A stretch of DNA of 24,964 nucleotides. Origin: Candidatus Bathyarchaeia archaeon (GTDB lineage: Archaea > Thermoproteota > Bathyarchaeia > Bathyarchaeales > Bathycorpusculaceae). The first letter of the stretch is position 1, and every line of letters starts with the position of its first letter. The notes beneath the pieces were generated by a model. The model was not told the DNA's origin and searched no databases. It was given only the letters and a program-made list of their open reading frames with translations. A program made the position numbers and the translations under genes. The stretch covers positions 1 to 24,964 of the forward strand of contig JAWCQV010000001.1 of NCBI GenBank assembly GCA_038869575.1. Direction: 5' to 3'. Positions 1-8,287 of this stretch are shown here, in pieces.

Positions 1-130
1 CAATACCAGAACGTAAACTCCCCTCACTATGCTTCTCCGCTTGTAAACTACTATTGTCATACCATTTCAAAATTTCGCTAACAGCTTTTTCAGAATATCC
101 CATTTGTTTCAGCATTCTTCGCAATCCCAT
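1..130 (-). CDS. Small hypothetical protein, runs off the window edge (3' partial)
   Basis: Own translation: ATG at 130, open to base 1, MGLRRMLKQMGYSEKAVSEILKWYDNSSLQAEKHSEGSLRSGI. Amphipathic helical pattern, purine-rich GAGTGGGG upstream. Not in the ORF track (short and truncated). Confidence 0.5.
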   Translation of the reverse strand, partial: MGLRRMLKQMGYSEKAVSEILKWYDNSSLQAEKHSEGSLRSGI

Positions 131-217
131 TTTCGAAACCCCACTCAAGCAAATACACCGCGGTTTATTGCAATGCCCTTTAGGTTTAGATTTTCAGAAC
201 TATTTAGCTTTTAGAGC

Positions 218-1348
218 TTAACAATAACGCATATAAGAATTCACAGCCTCCAAGTCGAATTTTTCATATTGCAACACGTTACGCGCAAAGTTTAGCAATT
301 TCCTTCGAACATCGATGCTTAAGTTTGGGTACCACGTCGGCGAAGCTACCACTAAACTCCGCCAGGCGTAAAAGGGCTGAACAACTTCTAAAATTTCCCA
401 GTCCCCAGTTTTCTCCACATAGTTTTTCCAAAAAAGCCTAAACAGTCTATCGAAAATGCCGGCTAGTTCGCCGTACTTTTGCAACGAGTAGAATATGTAA
501 TTTATCGTCATGGCTGTCACATCGTCCGCTGGTTCACCCCACTCGCCTCTGCTGCGGTCGAGAACTGTGAAGTCGGTGCCTTCACGGAACATGACGTTCC
601 AAGGGTGAAAATCGCCGTGAACTTGGCTGAGCCTATGGGTCTTCCTTTTAAGACGCCAGCGCCAAACAACGCAGTTTCTTTCGATATCAATTAACTCGTT
701 TTCTTGTACAAAGTCCTGGTGTGGTGGATAACTATCAAGTAACCCCATTATGCACTCACCATGTCCAATAAGTTCACGTGCCCTTCTAATGTAAAGCCAG
801 GGGGCATCACGTTTCACGCTGTGGATTTTGATTAGGTAGTCTGAAAGAGCTAAACAGCGCTTCTCGTCTAGATCAGTCATCTCACCCTTAGCCTTGATGC
901 GGTCTAAGTCAAAATGGTATAGGGTGCCATCGACATACTCGGTTAGGAGGAAGAATTCACCACAATTCCCAAGGGACCGCATTCTCCTACCATCAGTAGT
1001 AAAGGCGCCAACATCAATTGAGCGCACATGCCTCGGAAGTTTGTTAAATGCTGAGTATTGCCATAAGAGAATCTGAGCGCGATCCGATGCATAATCGTGT
1101 CCGAAACCTTCGGGCCGCATTGTCTCTAACACAACGCGTCGAACATCGTTCTTAACCTTGAACTCAATTACATATGGCACTCCATAGCCAAACCCTTTCA
1201 AATCTTGGACGCCCTTAGCTTGATCTTCTCCAAGCCTCCATACCCCACAAATTTCAACATCAGAACCGTATAAGCTTGAAAGATATTCAAGTAGGCCCTC
1301 TGCTGAAAATTCGATGCGAAACGTATTGCTTTGTTTTCCCTCATCCAT
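218..1348 (-). CDS. APH/choline kinase-like phosphotransferase (protein-kinase-like fold)
   Basis: 376 aa ORF with Brenner-type catalytic loop HGDFHPWN, a downstream metal-binding Asp in VLDRSRG, hinge-like LLTEYVDG and GEPADDV. Confidence 0.8.
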   Translation of the reverse strand: MDEGKQSNTFRIEFSAEGLLEYLSSLYGSDVEICGVWRLGEDQAKGVQDLKGFGYGVPYVIEFKVKNDVRRVVLETMRPEGFGHDYASDRAQILLWQYSAFNKLPRHVRSIDVGAFTTDGRRMRSLGNCGEFFLLTEYVDGTLYHFDLDRIKAKGEMTDLDEKRCLALSDYLIKIHSVKRDAPWLYIRRARELIGHGECIMGLLDSYPPHQDFVQENELIDIERNCVVWRWRLKRKTHRLSQVHGDFHPWNVMFREGTDFTVLDRSRGEWGEPADDVTAMTINYIFYSLQKYGELAGIFDRLFRLFWKNYVEKTGDWEILEVVQPFYAWRSLVVASPTWYPNLSIDVRRKLLNFARNVLQYEKFDLEAVNSYMRYC

Positions 1349-1384
1349 ATCTCACACCAAAACGAACATACATAGGGAAACCGA

Positions 1385-1415
1385 CTTAATATAAATTGAG
1401 GCTGAAGCATTAAGA
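1385..1415. promoter_or_regulatory. Candidate divergent TATA region between the phosphotransferase and RNase III-like genes
   Basis: AT-rich CTTAATATAAATT (TTTATATTAAG on the minus strand) about 40 nt upstream of the ATG at 1348, inside a 78-bp divergent intergenic gap. Confidence 0.4.
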
Positions 1416-1426
1416 AACTTTAAGGG

Positions 1427-1825
1427 TTGGGAATGAAGAGTCATAATAAACCATTCTTTTTCATAAAACCTTACGGAAGCTTAACAGAAGTGCTCAAAGA
1501 CCATAAGTTGGCGGCCTTAGGCGATGCATACATAAATTTTGTCTACTCCGTTGCATTATCAATAAAAAAAGGTCAGCCCTTGGGGGCAAAAGTTAAGGGG
1601 ACGATGCTGGCAAAAGCCTTTAAAAAAGCCGGTTTAAGAAAACACATGCCTACTAGAGTTTCAAGCCATGTCATGGCTGATGCCGCTGAGGCCCTCATAG
1701 TTTATGCTTGGATTCATGGGTGCATGTCACTAGAGGAGTGCGTGTCAATACTGATTGAATCTGAAACCTCTGTTGAAGGCCTTACACAGCTATTATCAAC
1801 GATAAGGGATAGAATCACTTTTTAA
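1427..1825 (+). CDS. Archaeal ribonuclease III-like protein (Mini-III type, no dsRBD)
   Basis: RNase III signature-like LAALGDAYINF and second acidic motif ADAAEAL in about 130 aa. Start may be ATG 1433 rather than TTG 1427. Confidence 0.75.
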   Translation: MGMKSHNKPFFFIKPYGSLTEVLKDHKLAALGDAYINFVYSVALSIKKGQPLGAKVKGTMLAKAFKKAGLRKHMPTRVSSHVMADAAEALIVYAWIHGCMSLEECVSILIESETSVEGLTQLLSTIRDRITF

Positions 1826-2096
1826 GGGCTTTTTTAAGGACTTTGCCAAACTCCTCATTCATTTCGCAGGCTTTTTCCAACGCTTTTAGTAGAGCCTCTT
1901 CTGGTTTTACTTTGCCCTTTGTCCGAATATAAATGACCGGAACCGGCGTGAGGGGATGAGAAATATCGTAGCCAGCCAACTCTACATTTTCATCTTCTAA
2001 AAGTCTTTTCTGAAGGAGGTTACAGATGGTGTGACCAACCCCTTCAACCTCAATTTTAAGCTCGTTTTCTGTTCTTTTCAAAATGTTAACTTTCAT
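1815..2096 (-). CDS. rpoL: DNA-directed RNA polymerase subunit L (Rpo11)
   Basis: Rpb11/RpoL motifs EGVGHTICNLLQ and AGYDISHPL. Directly downstream of csl4. Start placed at ATG 2096 (MKVNILK) behind GGTGGT; the track's 2111 start overlaps this SD-like element. Confidence 0.95.
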   Translation of the reverse strand: MKVNILKRTENELKIEVEGVGHTICNLLQKRLLEDENVELAGYDISHPLTPVPVIYIRTKGKVKPEEALLKALEKACEMNEEFGKVLKKALKK

Positions 2097-2118
2097 ATCG
2101 CGTACCACCAACCATTCC

Positions 2119-2700
2119 TTATATTATTCCTCGGCCATAGTCTATGGCTGTTTTCCGTTTTTCAATTTTCCCACATCTTGGACACTGCAATCCCCGACCC
2201 TTTAGCTCTAATACCTCGCCACATTGAGAACAAAATGCGTAAACAACGCCTAAGCTTTTGTCCTTAGTTGTTAGATGATAAGCCCTATTCTTTTCGCTGA
2301 CCACCTTTGCTCGAAGTATGTCGCTGGGCTTACAAATGTCAAACATAGATTCAACAAACCTTAAATGCGCATCTGAAACATGCAGTAAGCCTGTGAAAAA
2401 CCCTGAAAGCAATCTTTTTCCTATTTTAAAGATGCGGACCGTGGCTATTTGCGTCTGAACGTTTGAAACCTGCCCTATAACAATGCTCCCAACTTTTGGA
2501 ACCCGAACCCCATGAACTAAAGGGAAAACCGAAACCCGTTTATTAAGGAAGTCGAGGAGAGAGCGCCCAACAACCTTTGAATATATAACCCCATCCTTAA
2601 CATATGTGCCAGCGTCTGGAACAAACTCTTCGATAACGCCTAGGGGTTCTCCGGGTAAAACCAATTGCCCACTGTCTCTTTTTGAAGATTGCAAACTCAT
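2119..2700 (-). CDS. csl4: Exosome complex RNA-binding protein Csl4
   Basis: N-terminal VLPGEPLGVIEEF, S1 domain (GLLHVSD...DILRAKV) and C-terminal Zn ribbon CSQC...CPRC followed by EKRK. Start placed at ATG 2700; the longer track ORF overlaps the upstream gene. Confidence 0.93.
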   Translation of the reverse strand: MSLQSSKRDSGQLVLPGEPLGVIEEFVPDAGTYVKDGVIYSKVVGRSLLDFLNKRVSVFPLVHGVRVPKVGSIVIGQVSNVQTQIATVRIFKIGKRLLSGFFTGLLHVSDAHLRFVESMFDICKPSDILRAKVVSEKNRAYHLTTKDKSLGVVYAFCSQCGEVLELKGRGLQCPRCGKIEKRKTAIDYGRGII

Positions 2701-2704
2701 GTTG

Positions 2705-2742
2705 TCATCATCCCAAATATAGGGCTTATTAGAATACTTAAA
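2705..2742 (-). promoter_or_regulatory. Candidate internal promoter (TTTAAGTA) and SD (GGGATGAT) for csl4-rpoL
   Basis: Minus strand reads GTTTAAGTA about 35-40 nt upstream of ATG 2700, with GGGATGATGA ending 4 nt before the ATG. Confidence 0.45.
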
Positions 2743-2746
2743 CAGC

Positions 2747-3475
2747 TCAATAAACCTTTCCCAGCTCATTGTAAGCTTGCAACACCTTAATAATGTAACG
2801 CGTATGCAACCTCTCATGGTCCACAAGCCTCCTCAAAATCTTCCTTGCAGTCCAAAGGTTGCATAACGGGCTTTTATCTTTCATAGGCTGGAAAACTCCT
2901 TGCATTCTGTCCTTTGGTATATCCTTTAAATAATCGACAACGACTTTTCTGGTGTGGTTTAACAGCTCAAACACGTTTCTCGGATATCGTATTGGCAGTT
3001 CAACGTTTAAACGTGTTATATACCAAGGCTCAACGTAAGCTATGTGTCGCAAACAGTTCCTAATGGTGCGCGGCTTTCCAGGAGGCAGCCAGTTAAGAGC
3101 TTTGCTGTTCAAATTTGAAACAAGCTTCAAAAGATCTTCTCTAGAATACTCCATCAGTTTTAAAGTCCATGTAACATCTTTTTTTGCGATAGGAGCCACT
3201 TCAGACCAGAAGAGTGGTTCTGGCTTCCCAGCCTCGACAGGGTTGTAAGTCACCCTTAAAACTTCTGCAACCTCGATATCAAAATCTTTTGCTTCGACTG
3301 GAACATGTTCACCGTGTCTCACTAGCCAATCGAACCATTCAGCAACAGCAGTTCTTACCTTTGCGAGGGCACTTTCTGGAGAGCTCCCGAAAACCCAGCA
3401 CCCCGGGCATTCAGGAACAAAAGCGCTTGTTCCTTCCGGCCCAACTTCTAAGCAAACCGCTATCTTTCTTGTCAT
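2747..3475 (-). CDS. HicB-like N-terminal domain fused to a DinB/YfiT-like metal-binding four-helix domain
   Basis: N-terminus SAFVPECPGCWVFGSSPESALAKV...W matches the HicB antitoxin fold pattern. C-terminus RTIRNCLRHIAYVE and WTARKILRRLVDHERLH matches the DinB three-His pattern. Confidence 0.78.
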   Translation of the reverse strand: MTRKIAVCLEVGPEGTSAFVPECPGCWVFGSSPESALAKVRTAVAEWFDWLVRHGEHVPVEAKDFDIEVAEVLRVTYNPVEAGKPEPLFWSEVAPIAKKDVTWTLKLMEYSREDLLKLVSNLNSKALNWLPPGKPRTIRNCLRHIAYVEPWYITRLNVELPIRYPRNVFELLNHTRKVVVDYLKDIPKDRMQGVFQPMKDKSPLCNLWTARKILRRLVDHERLHTRYIIKVLQAYNELGKVY

Positions 3476-3487
3476 ATGCTTTCGCTT

Positions 3488-4483
3488 CTAGAAGAATCCC
3501 CTCTTGCAAAGTTCCTTCCATGAAACTTCGCCTGTAATCACAAGCGCTTCGTTCATGGTTAGCATCGGCTTTAAGAGCTTGGAAGGGGCGTCGATAGACA
3601 CACGGGGACATGCCGTGTTAACATATGCGTCCACCGTTGGAAAGTTCATGACCATTTCGGGCGTTATTTCTCTGACAGCAAATAGGTAAGCGTCCTTGCC
3701 AACCTTTTCAAGCTTTTCCCTGAGGGTTAGGGCCTCTTCAACCCGCTTCTGCCCGAGTTTAAGCCCTACAAGAACTGCGAAGGTTTTTGCTCTTTGGGCT
3801 TCTTGGATGCTCGCCCACCTTTGCCTTTGAACTTTTTTAGCTTCATCGTCTATTGAGTAGGCTCTCTTCTCATAAGGCTCTGCAACCACCGTTGGTCTGG
3901 AAGTTGTAAGGGCCAAGCCCAAAGCGTGGAAGCGTCCACCACCTATAAAAAGGAAGCCTTCAACGTCTTCTGCTATAGATTTAGCGTTACTATAGTCGCA
4001 TCCAATAACCTGCCCCGGATAGTTTAGACGCCCAGCGTCGCCAACCATGACCGTCTTTCCGGCGCGAACTAGCATTTCTTTTGCCTCGTCAAGGGTTTGT
4101 ACATGCTGAACTGTTGTGGCTAAGCCTACGTTATGCCAATTCGCCATTAATGGCAGTGCTTTTTCAACAACCTCTGTCACGCTTATGGCAGCTCGTGCTT
4201 CAATGTATATCGTTGGCACTTTCTCATACTTCAAGAGCTTCGAATGCCCATAATGTGCTATCAAGTCTACATCTAAGCTTTCAGCCTCGGATGTTGCCAA
4301 GTCACAAGCACCGTAACATGGGTCAGCAGAAACTATGGGTAAGGCGCCAGCCTTCTCAATAACTTTAGATAGGCGCGTTGCCTCACTTTTTAATCCGTCC
4401 GGCAGCTGTATTAAAACGCGTCTGGCTCCAAGCTTAACGATTTCCTGCTTTAACCTTTCTTCTTCAAAATCAAACATCCTCAT
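3488..4483 (-). CDS. dph2: 2-(3-amino-3-carboxypropyl)histidine synthase (diphthamide biosynthesis)
   Basis: LIQLPDGLK, CYGACD, HYGHS, GQVIGCD, GGGRFH and NTACPR; the three Fe-S cysteines are present. Confidence 0.95.
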   Translation of the reverse strand: MRMFDFEEERLKQEIVKLGARRVLIQLPDGLKSEATRLSKVIEKAGALPIVSADPCYGACDLATSEAESLDVDLIAHYGHSKLLKYEKVPTIYIEARAAISVTEVVEKALPLMANWHNVGLATTVQHVQTLDEAKEMLVRAGKTVMVGDAGRLNYPGQVIGCDYSNAKSIAEDVEGFLFIGGGRFHALGLALTTSRPTVVAEPYEKRAYSIDDEAKKVQRQRWASIQEAQRAKTFAVLVGLKLGQKRVEEALTLREKLEKVGKDAYLFAVREITPEMVMNFPTVDAYVNTACPRVSIDAPSKLLKPMLTMNEALVITGEVSWKELCKRGFF

Positions 4484-4546
4484 GGCGGAACACCAAACAC
4501 CCTTTAGAGAACATTGACATAGAAAAGAGAGAGTTTAACCGATTGC

Positions 4547-7027
4547 TTATTTTAGGCTTTCATCCCATTGGGGCGTCCATTCCCAATCTTCCTTTGGTCT
4601 TTTAACCGGACGCCCTAAGGCTCGCTCGTGCTGTTCTGCAAGCTTTTCTAAGATTATTTTTTGTTCTATGCTTGCAACAAGCTTTTTTGTAGCTACTACG
4701 GCGTCGGGGTTTACTGATATACTGTCTATTCCAGCTCTTACTAAGAATTCGGTAAAGTCTGGAAGGTTTGACGGCGCTTCACCACAGATGGAAACTGTAC
4801 AGCCGTTTTCATGTGCCACCTTAATTAGATGGGCTATTATCCTTTTGACAGCCGGGTCTCTCTCATCGAAGTACCCCATCTGCCCTAGGCGTTCGGAGTC
4901 TCTGTCGATCATTAGTATGCCTTGCGTCATGTCATTTGAGCCTATGGAGAAGCCATCGCACAATTTCGAAAACTCGTCGGCCATGATGGCTATTGAAGGC
5001 GTTTCAGCCATAAACCAAACCTTAAAGTCCTTCGACCTTTCTAAGCCTTCTTCGCGCATTATTTCAAGACACTTTTTAGCTTCCCAGAGAGTGCGCACAA
5101 CTGGGAGCATAACCCAAACGTTTTTCAGTCCCCACTCTTCACGGCACTTTCTTATGGCTTGACATTCCAGACGGAAAGCCTTCTCATACCATAGGCTTAT
5201 GTAGCGACTGCATCCCCTCCAGCCCAACATGGGATTGCTTTCGACAATCTCGTATTTCTCTCCACCTTTCAGTTCGCGGTACTCGTTCGTTTTAAAATCA
5301 CTAAAGCGCACAACAACTGGACGGGGCTGTATAGCCCTGGCAACGGTGGCTACGCCCTCTGCAAGTTTATCTACAAACTTTTGCCCCTGCCCAATTTCGA
5401 TAAGATAAAGCGGGTGTTCACCAATGTAGCTGGCCAAAATAAACTCGATGCGCATAAGTCCTATGCCCTCAAAGGGCAGGTCTTTATAATCTTCAATTTT
5501 CTCTGGAACCCCCAAATTCATGTAAATTTTTGTCGCAGTTACCGGAACTGATTGGAAGATGCCACCAGCAAAAGCTGCTGGAGAAGACGCTAGTGATTGT
5601 GTCGGTGTTAGATGTTCAGTCATTGCTTGTAATATACCTTCATAAACAACTCCGCTTCTCGCATCAACAGTATATTCTTCACCGCTAACCATAAGTTTTG
5701 TAGCGTTTTCAGTGCCAACAACACATGGTATACCTAGCTCACGGCTCACAATGGCTGCGTGGCATGTTATACCACCCTTGTCGGTGACTATAGCGCCCGC
5801 AAGCCTCATGAAAGGCACATAATCTGGATTTGTCATGTCTGTAACGAGGATGTCGCCCTTCCGCATAACCTTCGCAGCTTCCTCAGGGTTTAGAACAACC
5901 TTTGCCACGCCGAAACCAATTCCCCTCTTGCCAGCTGGTATGCCCTTAACAACAACTTTTAAAGCCTCTTCAGGTTTGGCTAAACTAACCTCAACCTTCC
6001 TTTCAGGCACTTCAGCAGCCTTCAAGCTCCAAACGGTTTCTGGTCTGGACTGCACAATGAAAACATTTTCTGGAAAGCCGAGTTCGCTGTCAATAGCCCA
6101 TTCAATGTCTTGGGGCTTGCCATAGTGCTGCTCTATGCTTTTAGCTAGCTCAGCAAGTTTTAGAACCTCCTCATCCGTTAGGCATGGCTGGTTCTGCTTT
6201 TCAGTCGGCACATCCAAATGCACAGTTTTGCCGGTGGCGGGGTCGCGAGCATACATCACTTTTTTGGTGGCGATACGCCTCTCAATAATTTTCATGGTTC
6301 GCTTGTCAACTATAAACTCGTCTGGAGTGACAGCTCCAGAAACAACAGCCTCACCCAAACCATAATTGCCTTCAATAACAATTTGGTTTGGGTCTCCAAT
6401 AACGGGGTTTATTGTGAACATGACGCCGGCGGCTTTGGCATGAACCATTTTTTGAACGCCAACACTTATGAGAACCCTTTCATGTGCAAAGCCCTTCTGG
6501 GTGCGATAGAATATGGCGCGGGGCGTGAAAAGACTAGACCAGCATTTAACGGTTTTCTCAATAACCTCGTTTTCGCCCCTAACATTCAAATATGTTTCCT
6601 GCTGCCCAGCGAAAGAAGCGTCCGGCAAGTCTTCAGCCGTGGCGCTAGATCTAACAGCCACAAAAACATCATTCAAATTTAACCGTCTGCACAGCTCCCT
6701 GTAGGCAGCTCTTATGGCTTCTTCTATATCTTTAGGCATGGGCGTAGACTCAATTAAGGCGCGGATCTTTTTTGAGGCTTCCTCATACTGTTTGGGGTCG
6801 TTTGGGTCTTTAACAGTCTCCTTTATGATTTTGTAGATTTCGCTGGCTATGCCAGTCTCCTCAATGAAACGTTTGTAGGCGTAGGCTGTTATTGCAAAGC
6901 CGTGGGGTATTGGAACGCCAGCGTTAAGCATCTCGCCTAAATTCGCGTTTTTCCCTCCAACAAGAGGTATGTCCGTTTTCCTAAGGTCTTCAAACCATAT
7001 CACGAAGTCTGTTTTCATCTCTGTCAT
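4547..7027 (-). CDS. ppsA: Phosphoenolpyruvate synthase (pyruvate, water dikinase)
   Basis: VGGKNANLGE, AVRSSATAEDLPDASFAGQQET, phospho-His motif GGITCHAAIVSRELG, NPMLGWRG, SIGSNDMTQ and catalytic SICGE. Confidence 0.96.
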   Translation of the reverse strand: MTEMKTDFVIWFEDLRKTDIPLVGGKNANLGEMLNAGVPIPHGFAITAYAYKRFIEETGIASEIYKIIKETVKDPNDPKQYEEASKKIRALIESTPMPKDIEEAIRAAYRELCRRLNLNDVFVAVRSSATAEDLPDASFAGQQETYLNVRGENEVIEKTVKCWSSLFTPRAIFYRTQKGFAHERVLISVGVQKMVHAKAAGVMFTINPVIGDPNQIVIEGNYGLGEAVVSGAVTPDEFIVDKRTMKIIERRIATKKVMYARDPATGKTVHLDVPTEKQNQPCLTDEEVLKLAELAKSIEQHYGKPQDIEWAIDSELGFPENVFIVQSRPETVWSLKAAEVPERKVEVSLAKPEEALKVVVKGIPAGKRGIGFGVAKVVLNPEEAAKVMRKGDILVTDMTNPDYVPFMRLAGAIVTDKGGITCHAAIVSRELGIPCVVGTENATKLMVSGEEYTVDARSGVVYEGILQAMTEHLTPTQSLASSPAAFAGGIFQSVPVTATKIYMNLGVPEKIEDYKDLPFEGIGLMRIEFILASYIGEHPLYLIEIGQGQKFVDKLAEGVATVARAIQPRPVVVRFSDFKTNEYRELKGGEKYEIVESNPMLGWRGCSRYISLWYEKAFRLECQAIRKCREEWGLKNVWVMLPVVRTLWEAKKCLEIMREEGLERSKDFKVWFMAETPSIAIMADEFSKLCDGFSIGSNDMTQGILMIDRDSERLGQMGYFDERDPAVKRIIAHLIKVAHENGCTVSICGEAPSNLPDFTEFLVRAGIDSISVNPDAVVATKKLVASIEQKIILEKLAEQHERALGRPVKRPKEDWEWTPQWDESLK

Positions 7028-7539
7028 TACACCTTCGCCTCCTCAACCTGTAATTTCTCAATAACTATTCTGCAAGGTGTCGGAAGCTTTGCAGCTCCCC
7101 GTCTCAATGCTTCCTTTGCGACCTCAACACCGTTGGCATTCACCCTAATAGTCATAATCGTCTGGTTTGGCTCCACACGTGCCGCAGTGCCAATTGGCTT
7201 TCCAAAAGCCCGTCTCATACCATCCTGGAGGCGGTCCGCATGGGCTCCAAAAATCATCTTGTTTTCCCGTAGAATGACATGAGGGTACGGATAAACTTGT
7301 AAGAAGTAATTGTTTGAGAGCTTATCCATTAAGAGGCGGTTTGTAGCCACACGGGCAGCTTCTAAAGCGTTGTGCCTAATTTGGGCTCTTTCAAGGGCTA
7401 CGAGCCTTGCCTCATACTCAAATTTGGCATTGGGGTCCCCCATAGTAAACTTGGTTATTTTTGGCTGGGGAAAACCCTTAACAAACTCCCGTCGAGTGTA
7501 GGGTTGACCCTTAACCTCTCTGTAGTTGCGAGCGCGCAT
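7027..7539 (-). CDS. rpl10e: 50S ribosomal protein uL16 (L10e)
   Basis: QIRHNALEAARV, YPHVILRENKM...GADRLQDGMRRAFGKPIGTAARV and KLPTPCRI. Stop overlaps the ppsA start (TAATG). Confidence 0.97.
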   Translation of the reverse strand: MRARNYREVKGQPYTRREFVKGFPQPKITKFTMGDPNAKFEYEARLVALERAQIRHNALEAARVATNRLLMDKLSNNYFLQVYPYPHVILRENKMIFGAHADRLQDGMRRAFGKPIGTAARVEPNQTIMTIRVNANGVEVAKEALRRGAAKLPTPCRIVIEKLQVEEAKV

Positions 7540-7646
7540 GATGCATCCCTTTCAGCATATACAGTGGCGGTATTTAAGCAGTTTGTTAAGCAAACCTAAC
7601 GCTACGATACTTGATTAGGATTATGAATTTTAAATATAGTTTAAGG

Positions 7647-8180
7647 CTATACGTGTACAATATTAGGGGCTGATCTATTTTTAAACCATATTTTCGCCAG
7701 TTCTTCATAATTCGGAAAAACCCGCTTTAAAATTGGAATGTACATTTTAATCTCTTCCTCTGTTAGATATTGAAACTGGTATTCGCCCATGTATGGTGAT
7801 GGCTCACCCTCCCTTGTTATAAACTCAATATGCATGAAAGGGTCTCCCCGCTTAATAGTTATTGGGCAACGATCATTGCTCAAATTCACAATCTCAAGAG
7901 CTAATCTACCCACAAAGCCGCTGTGAACTTTCGCCGCGTTAAGAAAGGATAAGCCCATCCGTCCGTACTTACTTTTGGCCGTTAGATGGGCAACATAATT
8001 CGGCGGGGTGAAAACTATCTCGTAAGATATTAGGTTTTTATGCTCCAGGTAATTTAGCGTCGTCTCATCTTTTACTGTTAGCACGTAGCTATCGCCGTCA
8101 AGAAGGTTATAGTCGTAGGGGTATATGCACTTATAATTTTCAATAAGCTCCTTCAACTTGTCCTTCCCAATAATGCACAT
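7647..8180 (-). CDS. dcd: dCTP deaminase / trimeric dUTPase superfamily protein (divergent)
   Basis: AKSKYGRMGL (cf. RSSLARLGL), VHSGFVGRLALEI (cf. IDPGxxGxxxLE), GDPFMHIEF and YMGEYQFQ (cf. YxGxYQxQ). Start placed at ATG 8180 (track uses TTG 8198). Confidence 0.75.
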   Translation of the reverse strand: MCIIGKDKLKELIENYKCIYPYDYNLLDGDSYVLTVKDETTLNYLEHKNLISYEIVFTPPNYVAHLTAKSKYGRMGLSFLNAAKVHSGFVGRLALEIVNLSNDRCPITIKRGDPFMHIEFITREGEPSPYMGEYQFQYLTEEEIKMYIPILKRVFPNYEELAKIWFKNRSAPNIVHV

Positions 8181-8229
8181 GGAATGTTCGCGCTCCAAGT
8201 GGCGTTTTCTAGCAATAGTAAAGCCTTCA

Positions 8230-8272
8230 TGTTATATAGTTTTTCAACAAAATCCTATAAAGCGGTTGAAAC
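8230..8272. promoter_or_regulatory. Divergent promoter region dcd/add with a 7-bp inverted repeat
   Basis: TATAAA at about 8256-8261, roughly 27-32 nt before the add ATG at 8288. Minus-strand CTATATAAC at about 8231-8239. TTTCAAC (8242-8248) and GTTGAAA (8265-8271) flank the plus-strand TATA. Confidence 0.45.
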
Positions 8273-8287
8273 AGCTATTAAATGTGA

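Noticed and set aside
2705-2711. Perfect C-box AUGAUGA just upstream of csl4 (possible K-turn or sRNA)
   Set aside because: No matching CUGA D box or stem nearby; it is explained as part of the SD.
2701-2826. N-terminal extension of Csl4 in the ORF track
   Set aside because: Overlaps the HicB-DinB gene and covers a TATA/SD-like region; Csl4 homology begins after ATG 2700.
2747-3475. Complete HicAB toxin-antitoxin module or mobile element
   Set aside because: No HicA-like ORF, transposase, terminal repeats or target duplication seen.
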